Shown here: positions 23,101-35,100 of the stretch, in pieces
How positions within the stretch are numbered: position 1 is the first letter of the stretch
Layout of the letters: every line of letters starts with the position of its first letter
DNA from: Rhizaria sp. SCN 62-66
Lineage: Eukaryota
Direction of reading: 5' to 3'
NCBI GenBank assembly: GCA_001724265.1
Contig: MEDY01000280.1
Span: forward strand, 1-53,425
Length of the DNA stretch: 53,425 bases
The notes under the pieces: generated by a model
Databases searched by the model: none
Told to the model about the DNA's origin: nothing
The model's input: only the letters and a program-made list of their open reading frames with translations
Translations under genes and position numbers: made by a program

Positions 23101-26100
23101 TCCGCGCGCTCGCCACGGCCGCCCGCCTTGCGCGCACCGCTGTTCCAGCTGCGCAGGTCTGGGAGGCGCGCACCGGCGTCCTGCTGGCGACTGTGCGTCG
23201 CGCAGCGGCGGCTTTCCCGTCGCTGCAGCGCATTGAGGGCGCGCGCGCTACGGTGCAGGACAACGCTGTCGGTCCGCTTTTGTGGCCCTGCGTGTCGGCT
23301 GCGCCCCCTGCGCAGACCCAGCTCTTTCCGCGCTCGCTTGCGCCGGCTGGTGGCGCCATCTATGGCAGCTCTAGTGCCGCATCTTTTGGTGGCCAGCCTG
23401 GCATGGGGTCATCGTTGTCATCCTCGTCGTCGGGCTTAACGGGCTCCATGACTATGCCTGGGACAACCATGGCTATGGACACCTTCATGATCGAGTCTCC
23501 TGCCAACGTCAACGTCAGTGGAAGCACAAACTCCTCAAGCACACAGCGCGCGACACTGATGCGCGCACCGGCACCTCTGGCGATGCCGCTTTCGGGCGCG
23601 CGCGTGGAGCCTGACGTGTTCCCCGACGTTTTGCCGGTGCTCAGCTCGAGCTCCGATGGAATTTCGCCAGCTGCTCCTGCTGTCGTAGCCGCACCATTCG
23701 ATGGCCCTGTCGCGTTTGTGTTCCCTGTGGCACCTTACAAGTCGCGTTTCTCGCGCACCGTGCTCACTCTGCGTGGTCCCTCGTGTGCGCTACACGGCGT
23801 CCCTGTGCCCGCCGTCGCAGCGTCCGCGCCCGCGCCTGCTCTGGGCTCTTCTCGTGCCACGCGCTCCGCCGCTGCAGACAAGCTCGCCCGCCTTAACGTC
23901 ACACTAGGCCATGTCGAGGAGACCGCTGACGCCCGCGGCGGCCGCGGCTCCGTCCCTAGAGGCTCGGCGCCGCCGCCCGACGTGTTCGAGGCCGCGGCGG
24001 CCGCTGTCTGCACGTGCTCGGTGCAGCAGGTGACGTCGACTCCGCTGGCCGCCGACTACTCCACCCGCGGCTCGCACGTGCCGCCGCTGCAAGCGCCGGT
24101 CTTCATCCCCGCTTCCGGCACTGCTGCGGCCGCTGCCGCCGCCGCCGCGGCCGCTGTGTCGGCCGCGGCGCCCGGTTCGGGTGAGCTGCCTGGGGCGCCC
24201 GCGGCGCCGGCCGCGACGACGGTGGGCGACGTTTCGAGCATGCTGCTCTCGCTGCCCGGCCCGCACCAGCGCGTGCTGCTGGCGCGTCTGGAGGCGCTTG
24301 TGCTCACTGTGCTGCACCACTGCTTCGACCACCGCTCGGGCCCCGTGCGCCGTGCAGAGCGTGCGCTCCGCAAGCAGAGTGCCGGCGCCAGCGACGTCGA
24401 CGACGACTGCGCTCTGCCCACGGAGACTGAGCTCGAGCTGCTGCTGTTCGCGCTCTCGGCCTCGGCCACAGTGCTCGCTGCGCACCCCGTGCCGGTTGAC
24501 CCGTCATCCTCGTCTGCAGGCCCCGCTGCTGCCGCCGCTGCAGCTCTCGCTGGCGCGGCTGCTGTAGGCGCGGGCGCATGTGCACGTCCGTTTGCAGCGC
24601 ACGTGCTCGCGCTGTATCTATCGCGCCTTGCACCGCTGCCGGCCTTCTACCCGCTCCTGCTGCCGCTGGCCCTTCTTACCCAGCGCGTGCTGCTCGGCGA
24701 CCTCGTCCGCGAGACCCCCGTCTTCGACGCCAGCGGCCGGCTTGAGCGCGTCTGGGGTGGCGACGACACGGAGGCACCGCAAAACACCGCCTTGTCCGCA
24801 GCCGCTGAGAGAGCGACAAGCGTCGACTGGTGGTGCCAGGAAGGTACTGCGGCTGCGGGGATCACGGCACGCCGTCTTCTCGCTGTTTCCGCGCCGCCTG
24901 ATGTGCCTGAGCGCGGGTACAGTCTGCCGCCTACGCCCAGTAGCACTGGTTACGCCGGTGACACCGCCGCGCTGAGCTCGGTGCCTGCGCCTGCACCCAC
25001 GCCCTTCGCGCTGCCTAGCAGTGCGCTCTGCAGTGCTGACGCTGCAACAACCAGCGGTCACGGCACCGAAGGCCCCGGCCTGCTGCCCTCGAGCTCGGCG
25101 GTGCCGCTGGATCACTTCCTGACGAGTGAGAGCGCTGACCGGCTTGCCGCTGGCGCGCTGTCTACGTCTGCCTCCTCAGCGCACGTTTCTGTGGCGATCC
25201 CCGAGGCGTCCACTGCGTCATCCTTGTTCCTTTCCGTCCCCGTCGAGAGCAACTACGACCGTAACGCACGACTCGTCATGGGATTTATCGCTCTGCTGTC
25301 GCGCGCCGCTGATGCTGCAGAGCCTGCGATCGCCTCCATGGGTGCAACTGCTTCCGTGTCTGACGAGAAGAAGGACAGTGAGGAGGCCGCGACTGAGAAG
25401 GCGAGCGAGCTGGTAGCACCGCTGCGCGCACTGGCGACGGAGCTGTGTCAGCAATGGGGCCTCGCGGGTTCGGCCAACGTGACCGCACTGTTGGTACGCA
25501 TGCGACAGGCCGAGGAGCGCGAGCTACTTGTCGCGCGCAGCCGTCAGCGCCGCTCGCGCCGCCTCAATCCCAGCCCTGCACCCAGCGCTACAGCTGCTAG
25601 CGGCCTCGTCTCAGCCATGCCGTACTCTGGCACCAGCGCTGACGGTGACGCTGACGAAGACGAGGGCGGCGCGCGTATTCCCTTCGACACGCCGACGGAC
25701 GCCGCATCAGCGTGGTCAATCGCCATGCTCGCGACCGCGCGCCCCGCCACTGCGCCCGCTCCGACAAAGAGCAGCGCAACGCTTTGCGCGCCTGCAAGCT
25801 TCCCCTGCGCGTTGCCTGCGCGGCCCGCTGGCCCGCTGGCGCAGATGTCCACGTCGCCGGCGCTCTCTGCGCTTGCGCGCGCTTCTCTGGCCGGTGCCGC
25901 CGCGCTCCGTGCCGGCGCGGCCCGCGCGTGGCGCCGTGGGTACTGGCGCCGCGGCGCGTTTGCCGCCGCGCTGGACGCGCCCTGGGCAGGCTGCGCGCGC
26001 GAGGCCGCCGGCGGCGACGGCGCCGTGGCTCGCGTTGCCGCGCTGCTCGACGCAGACCGCGAGGAGAAGGAGGCCGAGGCGTGGGGCCTTGCGCAGGGCG

Positions 26101-29100
26101 CTGCTGCCGCTGCTTGCGTTCTCGGCGATTGCGCCGACCCGCTCACGCCCGATGCAGTGCCTGAGCTGCCGCCGCATGCAGGTGCTCTAGCCCTCGCGCC
26201 CGCGACCACTGCTGCTGCCGCTGCTGCCGCCCCGTACCTTCCGCGTGTGTTCTCCCCCGAAGCGCAGCGTGCCGCTTTGGCGGCCCTCCCCGTTGCCGTC
26301 CTGGCTTCCTTTGCGCGTGCCTGGCGCTGCGAACTGAGCTACTGGGGAATTCACCCGTCGCATCCCCCCTTGCCGGTTCCGTCCGCTTTGTTGCGCTCGC
26401 AACGCCGCTTCCGTGCTCTGGCAACAGCCGCTGCGCACGCGCTGCCCGCGCTCACTCATGCTGCACCCGAAGTTATTGACGCTGCGTTCGGCGCTGGTCC
26501 GTGGGCTGCAGCAGCTTACGTCGCGCTTGTCAACGCCGCTACCCCCGCAGCTTCGCCTGCTTCTGCCGTCACTGAGATGGGCAGTCCGCGCGTCGCTGAC
26601 AACCGGACAGAGAGCAGCGCTGAAGATGGCACTGAGGTTGACTGGGACGGCATCGCTCTGCGGAGCATCATCAATGACGCCTTGCTTGCGGTCACGAGAG
26701 CGCATGTGAGCTCGACGAACGCGCATCCTGCTTTAGCGTCCCGGATTCTGCTCCTGCCTGCACAGTCTGCAACGCGCACGTTGCTAGAGCATGATATCTC
26801 GCGTGCGCGCAATTTCGCCACCGTGCTTGACAACTCAGTGCTTGTGCCGGTGTTTCCTGCCGCCACTGATCGGCGCGTGCAACGCGCGGCGCGCGCTGTT
26901 GCGGCCGCTGCGCTGTCGCCCGTGCTGGCCCGTGGTGCCGAGTCCGTTGATGGCACTGGACTTGGGTTATTCCCCGGCTCCGCGTTGTCGCTTGGCCTCG
27001 CTCCCACGACAGATCTCCTGGGTTCGTGGCTCCGCGCGGCGTGTTTGGTGACTGGCGGGAACGCGCTCGACAACCTCCCAGTCGTGGCGCGCGGCGCAGT
27101 GGCTGCAGCGGCGCGGCGCGGTCTCTGGACCCCCCCAATTTCTCCGCTGCCTGCGGCGGCCGCTGTTGCACTTGCGCTTGCAAAATGGCGTGTCAAGTCT
27201 GCTCTCGCCCCGCTGCTCACTCTGGCGCCGGGCTCTGCTACTCTGGCACCGCGTCTTCTGCTGTCTTTCACGGAACCGCTTGCGGACGTTTGCGCGATGC
27301 GCGCGGTTTACAGGCCCTCTTTGCCCGTCGAGTCGCCAGCGTTCCCGCTACTGCCGGGGCTCGAGACGCCCACTGAGGCGCGCGCAGTTGCCGGCCGGGG
27401 GATCTGGACGCGTGCCGCCGCTGCCGCGCAGGGCCGCGCTGGACTCCCGCTTGCACTGCCACCGCTCGCTGCGCACACAAACGCACAGTCTTGCGAGAGT
27501 GCAGCTGCGGAGGCTGATGCGCAACAACGCCGGCTTGACCTGTTGCTGCCACTTGCACTGAGCGCGTTGGCGCGCTCGGGTCCCGTGCCCGCTGCGGCTA
27601 ATTGCCCCGCTGTTGAGGCTGAGCGCCGTGTTGCTGGCGCCATCATGGTGGCACTCCGCAATGCGCCTGCGATTGCGCAGTCCGCGACGGTGGGCGCACT
27701 GGCCTCACTCTACGCTGCGCTGACATTGGCGCTGTCTGGTGCGGACGCCACACCCGAGACCCAGCCTGCGGTTGACGGCCTGCTAACATCTCTGGCAATC
27801 CCGATTCTTGCCCCGCGCTCAGCAGAGGGCGCCATGACGCAGACCTCACCTGTTGCGGCCACCTACGCACTCTCCGCGTTCCCCTACGCACCGCTTGCTC
27901 ATCCGCTTGCCGCGGTCACGGTCTCGTATAATCCCACAAACACGCCACGTGCAGCAGGCACACGCCGCCGCCCTACGACTCCGCGTGCTTCCAACAGCCG
28001 TTCGCACTCTTCCTCTGCAGCTGCGACAGCACCCGCGTCTGCACGCGCGAATGGTCCCGCGTTCCCCGCGCCGGCCACGACTCACCTGTCCGCGGGCGCT
28101 GACCCGCTGCGCGCGGGCACCGCCGCTCTCGCACGGCTGCACTTTGCGCTTGACGAGCGCGCTCTCGTCGCCGCTGCGTCGCTGGAGCCCTCTGCCGAGT
28201 CGGTGTATTTGGCCGCCTCGTGGCAGAGTGCGGAGAAGCGTTCGCTGCTTGCGCTGCGGCGCATGGCGCTCGCTGGCCTTGTTTCAGCCGCATCTGCCGC
28301 CGCCGCGCGCGCTGCTGCTCGTCTGCCCTATGGAGGTGCACTCGCCGCGCCTGCTGCGGAGGATTCTGCGTCCGCAGCCGCTGCGGCTGCGGCTGCTGCG
28401 GCAGCCGAGGGTGACGCGCTTGATAGCGCGAGTGGTGACGCTGGTCTCATGACGGGGCTGGACGCTACGCTGATGGCGCAAACGGCGCGCGCTGCCGCCG
28501 TGGCCGCCGCTGCCGCTGCGGCAGGCGCAGGCACTGGACTTGTGATTGAGGAGGTGGCTGAGTCGTCTCTGTCTGATGTTGACACCGAGCTTGCTGCCTC
28601 AACCGCAGGTGCTCAGAGTGAGATCTCGGTGCGCGGCACGCGGGCGGGATCGATGGACGTCGACGACGATCTCTCTGCGTCCGCAGGTGCCGCATCTACT
28701 GCAAGCGCGGCGCGTGGTGGTGACGATGACGATGACGACGGCGGCCAGGTGTACTACGGCGCAACAGACTCTGTACTCCACGCGCACCGGCTTGCTGATG
28801 ACGACGACTCTAGTGCGGCCGCCGCATCCGACTCCACTGGTCCCACTGTCACCATCGGCACCAGCAGCGCGATCGCGATCGCCACCACAAAAGGCGCGCT
28901 GGGCGCCGGCGTCGGCGTGGGCGTTATGAGCACCGGTGCGACCGCTGTGGTGCTTGCGACTCCCGGTAACTTGCCGCAGTCGACTTCTCAGTCTGCTGCG
29001 CGCAAGGTCAAGCCGCACCCTGTATTGCCCAACGGCGCGTCTGGCATCAGCTCAGAGCATCATGCTGCTGCTGGTGCTGACGTCGCCCCGGCCGAGGCTG

Positions 29101-32100
29101 CAGCTGCTGCGCCTGCGCCTCCTGCTCTGTCCGACACGGAGACTGCAGCGGCGCTGGCGAAACGCACAGGCGTGGCGATTGCTGCGGCAGTTGTGCTTGT
29201 GACACCGCTGGCGCAGTTCAAAGGCGTTCTTAGCATCGATAATGAGCTGGTACGTTTCACTGGTCTGGAGGTTGCGCCCACTGTATCGGCTGCTGTCGCT
29301 GCCGCTTCCGCCGCCGCAGCTGCCGCTGTGGGTTCTGCTGTTATCAACGCCGGCGGTGTGGTTCCGAAGGGTGCCTCTTGGCGCGATGAAGACGGCGTGC
29401 GCCCGCTGTGGCCTGCGTATCCTGAGGCCAGAGCTGACGCACGCGCCCGCCGAAGCAAGCGTTCGCGCTCGGCCGTGGTTCGTCGCCGCGATGCTGGCTG
29501 CAGTGGCTCGGACAGTGCGTCTGACAGCGCTGGTGAGCAGAGCAGTGACAAGGGTTCTTCATCCACCTCATCAGATGGTGAAGATGACGACGACTACAAG
29601 CACGACGGGCTCGAAAAGAGTGACAGTTCGCGTGTGCTCGCTAAGGGCGTCACTCCGACGGCTCAAGCGCCGGCGACCGTGTCGCTGGCGCTGCCGTTGT
29701 CGGACCTTCGCCGCGCACTGCCGCTTCGTCATCTGTCACGCCCGTGTGCACTCGAGCTGTACTTTGCTGACGCGCGGTCGTACCTCTTCTCGTTCTGTCA
29801 CCCTGATGCCAGCGACGAGGCGCTCGCGCTCAACGTTATTGCTGCGGAGACGCGCCGCGCTCGCCGCGCTGAGCACCAGCGTGAATCTACCGCGCGCGTT
29901 CAGCGGCAGCAGCAGCGCGGTGTGCGCTGGCGCATGCTGCAACGGCAGCTGCAGCAGGCGACGCTGCAACAACAACAGGCTGCGAACCCGTCTGAGGCTG
30001 GCGCCGCTAACGCCGCGGTCGCCGACCTGCGCGTTGCTATGGCTGCTCTTGACCGTGACGCTAATGTTGACGCCGCTGCAGGTGAGGCCGCAGACGCTGC
30101 CGCTGCTGCCGCTGCTGCCGAGACCACTGAGAGTCTCGTGCGTGGTTATGACGGCGCGGGTCTTCTGACGGCACCGCCTGCGATGTTCCCGGTGCGTCTG
30201 TACAACACGGCGCGTCTGCGTCAGCGTGCGAGCTAGTACGCTGCGCGTGACGCGTGCTACACGCATCTGTGCCGTGCCGTGCTGCGCTGCCCCGCGCGCC
30301 TGAACCCGCGCGAGGCTCTGGCTGCAAGTGGCGTTACTGCCCGCTGGCGCCGCGGGCAATGCTCTAACTTTGACTACCTGCTCGAGCTTAACCTTCTGGC
30401 TGGACGGTCCTTCAACGACCTGTCACAGTATCCCGTTTTCCCTTGGATTTTGTCAGACTACACGTCATCGCGGCTCGATCTGACCGATCCCGCAGTGTTC
30501 CGTGATTTGCGCCGCCCCGTCGGTGCCCTCAGTCGCGACCGTTGGCGCACGCTGCGCGCACGGTACAACACGCTTCGTGCGGCTCAGCGCATGGCGGCCG
30601 GTATTGATGATGACGACGAGGATGACATGGCTGGTGGCGACGGAGACGGCGATAGCTCCGGTGGTGAAGACGCCTGGGATGCCTCTGGCATTGCGCGCGC
30701 CGCTCCTCTGCCTCGCCTGCACCGTTTCCGCAACTACCCGGATGCGATGCAGAGTTCGTCTTCTGAGTGCGAAAGCAGTGACCACGAGTTATCCGAGTTC
30801 GAGGCCGACCGTCGCATCGTTGAAGCCGCGATGGTGACAGCCGAAGCGACCGCGGCTGCTCTGGGTGAGTCCGGCGACGGAGACTCTGATGACGACGCCC
30901 CACCCCCCGCCGCTGACGGCGTCGAGGGTCCGCGCGCGCCCGCTCGCGCCGGCCTGACTTCTTTTATCGCTCTGGCAACATCCGCTGCTGAGAGCCGGGA
31001 CGTCGAGGCGCGCGCGGCGGACCGGTACGGTGGCCGCGAACTCTTCTACATTTCGCCCACAAGGCTTGCTGCCAACTCGACCGCTCTGCGCACCGAGCTT
31101 GCCAAGCAGGCTGCTAACGCCGAGAAGGCATTGTTGCCCGCACTTCCCCCCGCTGCCGCTGCCGCAGCAGCCGCTGCCGCCGCGGCTGCCGCGAAGGCGC
31201 CCGGCAGTGGATTGCGCGCACGTGCAGCGTCAACCGCAGCCGCTCACGCGACCGCTCAGGCTGAGGGCACACGCGCCTTACGCCGCCTCACGAAGGCGCT
31301 TGGCGCTCTTACGCTTGCGCGCAACGCTAAGGCCGCCGCACGCGTGCCTGCCGCAGCGACGGCGCCCTCGTCTGCGGCTGCATCGGGTACTAAGGCTCTG
31401 ACAGCCGCGCGTGATGCGCTAGCCGTAGCGTTGTCGCATGCGAACAAGCCTGCTGCCGGCTCCGGTAGCAAAGCGCCGACCGCGATGACGTCGACGCTGC
31501 TTGCAGCAACGGGCACTGCGGCAACTCTCTGGCTGACGCCTCTCGCTGCGCACACCCCTGCCTCGGCTCCTCCTGCGGCTGCCGGTGGCGCCGGCCGCGA
31601 CATGGTTGTACCTGTTGACAGCTCGGTGATTGCGTCCACCTTGAGCCCTGTCATGGTGCCATTCATGTACGGCTCTCACTACAGCTCACCGATGGCCGTT
31701 CTGCACTTCCTTCTGCGCATGCGGCCGTTCACTGCCGCGGCCGCGCGTCTTCAGGGTGGTACTGCTGCAGCTGCAGCGGTGCAGAAGCAGCAGCACCAGC
31801 TCATGCAACAGCAGCAGAAGGCCAAGAAGGCCGCTGCCGCTGCAGTCACTGCGGCGAACGCCGCCGCCGAGCGGGACGTGGCTTCGTCCGTCGCGAGCCC
31901 CAAGAGCGTTGACGACGAGACCTCTGCACATCGCCGTCGCCGCCGCGCGCGCCGCACTGCGCGCCGTTTCTCACGCTCACTGCGTCATGCGTGGGCTGCG
32001 TCGGTCGCAGCGCATCCGCTTCCCGCTCCCACCACCGTTGCGCTTGCGCTGCCGCGCGCAGCCGCCGCCTCTACCGACGATGTTGACATTCAGAATGATA

Positions 32101-35100
32101 ATACCGCGGCACTTGACTCCGACGCAGCTACATTTGCTCACGCCGCCGCCGCTGCCGCTGCGGAGCTGGTCTCTGGCGCAGTGACCCAAGTCGGCTACGG
32201 TGCCGGTGGTCCTGTCGCTGCGGCTGCTGAGGCACTGCTGCGCTCCGCTGTCAAGGAACTCCGGCGCCGCCGCGCGCCGCTCGCCCCGGCCCCGGCCACT
32301 GCGCCGACCGAGTCCGCACACGGCTCGATCGAGGAGGTGCTTTGTGCAGCGCCGACGCAGCGTCTGACCGCCCTTCTGTCTGCCGCGTTGGCAGTGGTGA
32401 ACGCTTGCTACCCGCACCCGCAGCCGGGCCCTGTGCTTGACCTCCCTGACCGCCTGTTCGCCTCAGTTGCCGGCGCATGGGCCGCTGCCACTGCGTCCGG
32501 TGGCGACGTCAAGGAGCTCACTCCCGAGCTCTACATGGCGCCTGCCGCGTTCGTCAACTCGGCTGGCGCGGACCTCGGCGTTCGCTCCGCACCCAGTCAG
32601 GTTCATCCCGTCTCCGCGGCTAATGACGACGCCTCTGTTGCTGCGGCTGCCGCTGCAGCGCGCGCCGCTGCTGCCCCCGCCGCTGTGCTGGGCCGTCGCC
32701 TTGCTGATGTCGAGCTGCCGCCGTGGGCGCAGGGCTCTCCCGAACGCTTTGTGGCGCTGATGCGGTCTGCGCTTGAGTCGCCGCACGTGACCGCGCACCT
32801 GCATCACTGGGTTGATCTCGTTTTCGGACTCAAGCAACGCGGTGCACTCGCAGCAAGCGCCCGTAATGTTTTTTTCGACGTCACTTACTTCGCCGGTCGC
32901 GACTGCCGCGTGCTTATTCCACCTGCTGCCGCCGCTGCTGCCGCAAACGCCGCACGCGCCGTGGCTCCCGCACCGCTGCCCGCGCCTGGTGAGGCGCGCC
33001 CGGCGGCTCGTGCGCGTGTTGAGGTGACTGCAGCGTTCCTTGACACGATTGAGGATTACGCTATGCGCAAGGCCATGAGCGACCAGATCGACTTCTTCGG
33101 AACTTGCCCCGCACAGATCTTTGCTACTCCGCACCCGCGTCACTGCCGAGCGCGTGCCGCGTTGCCGCCGGTGCCCCCGATGCTGCCGCCCCTCTATTGG
33201 TCGCGTGTACCTCGTGGTTCCGTCGCCACTGCCGGCTCTGGTGAGAACGCTACAGAGGATGACGTTACACACGCCAGTTGCCCCGTGATTCGTGTGAAGG
33301 ACGCCGCGCTGGCCGCACTCACGGTCTCGCTGCCGGAGCTGCTTGCACCCTCGCCGAGCGACACTGGCGCCGTGATCGTCGCTCCAACCCCCGTCGGCTC
33401 GTCAGCGCACGCGATCTCTGAAGCCCCGTTAACACCGTTCACGACGACGGTTGCTCCTGCTCCCGGTTCTGCCCCCGCAGTGCTGCCCCGCGCCACAGCG
33501 GCCGGCATGCAAACGATTGTGGCGTATGAGCCCTCGCAGGCGCTGCCGCGCGCGCTCGCGCTAACGGCTGACGGCGCGATCCTGACGATCACTGACGTCG
33601 ACAGTCCCAAGAACTCTGCCAAGGGTCGTTTCGCTGTTGCAAGTGGCGCAGTTACTGTGGGCAGTTTGGATCTGGCGCCTTGGCTGTTGGCTTGTGCGGC
33701 TCAGCTGTCCACCGCGGCTGCCACCCATGCCACAGCGGCCGCGCTTCGCCGGCTTGACTTCGATGACGCAGCCTTCGCGGCTGCTGACGCTGCTGCGACC
33801 GCCACGGACTCCGCTGCGTCTGCTGCTGAGCGTCAGCGCTGCAGTGCCGCCATCACTGCTGCGGTTGCCGCAGCAGCGACTGTGGCGACGGCGGAAGCTG
33901 CGCTCCGAGACGCGGAGAGTGCTGCGGCCGACCGCCGCGACGCGCTCCGTCGCCGGCGCGATCGCCGCGCGCGCCGTGCCGCCGCTGCGCGCGCTGCCGC
34001 TCTGGAAGATCCTGAGTCGAGCCCCCCGCGTGTCCGCACGGAGGACGGGAACTTGACGCCGCAACCGGATGTGCGGAGCCCCGTCGTTCCTGCTGGTTTG
34101 AACGTGCCTGTCCACGCGCACGAGAAGCCGGAGACGCCCGCGGAGGCTGCTGCTGAAGACGCCGCTGAGGCAGCCGAGGAGGCTGCTGCGAGAGTGGCTG
34201 GCGAGAAGGCGGCTGCTGCGCGCGCAGAGGTCCGCGCCGCGCACGCCACGGCAGCGTCGGCCGCTGCGCGGGCTGCTGACGCAACTAGTGACTCGTCTGC
34301 CGCGTCTGGTGCACGCGAAGGCGCCGCGAGTGCTCGCGCCCGCACCACGGCTGCGCGCCACGCCGCCAACATCCGGCTGCGGACCGCGCTTGCGCACGTG
34401 GAGATGGCGCTGTCACTTACTCCTACCGCACCCGTGACGGCCTCCGCGGCTCCCGCGGCCGAGCCTGCGTGGACGATGGGCTTTCTGCCGTCACCGCGCG
34501 CTGCTGCGGCCGGAGCTGCTGCCGCGCGCGCGCTGCTGCTGCTGCAGTCAGATGCGCAGGACATCTCGCGTCACAGCGAGGAGCCCACAGTCAGTGACAG
34601 CTGCGTTGTGCGCGTTTCCCCTGCCGCACTCGAGGCAGCTGCGGGCGCGACCGTGATTGTGCCTGCGTCTGCGGCGCGGAGCGCTGCGGCCTTGCTTGCG
34701 CTGTACTCTGAGCTTGACCGTGCGACGCACGCACCGCCCGCGCTCGCGCCCATCGTGACGCCCGCGGCCCTGCTCGCGCATCTGAATCCCGCCGCTCGCC
34801 GTCGTGGCCACGCGTCGATGCAGTTGAGCGAGGATGACACGCAAACTATTTTGACAGCAGTTGTCGCCGCTCTTTATCGCGCAACTGTTGCAGACGATCT
34901 CGCCAAGTTCTCTTCCCTAAGTACCGCCGTCAAGCTCCCATTGCACCCTGCGTTTGCGCCTTTGAACGTGTCCGCTCGTGGCGTACCGTCGATGATCTCG
35001 TCTGTATTGCTTCCCGCGCTCTATGTCGCAGCCATTGCAGCTTCAAGTGTTGTTGCATTGCCTGCACCTCGCGCGCTACCTGCACCGGTGCCTGCTGCCG

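Noticed and set aside
31758-32423. BEACH insert as a hidden intron (G|GTACTG ... CCGCAG)
   Set aside because: Donor and acceptor phases do not match, and the composition is coding-like.
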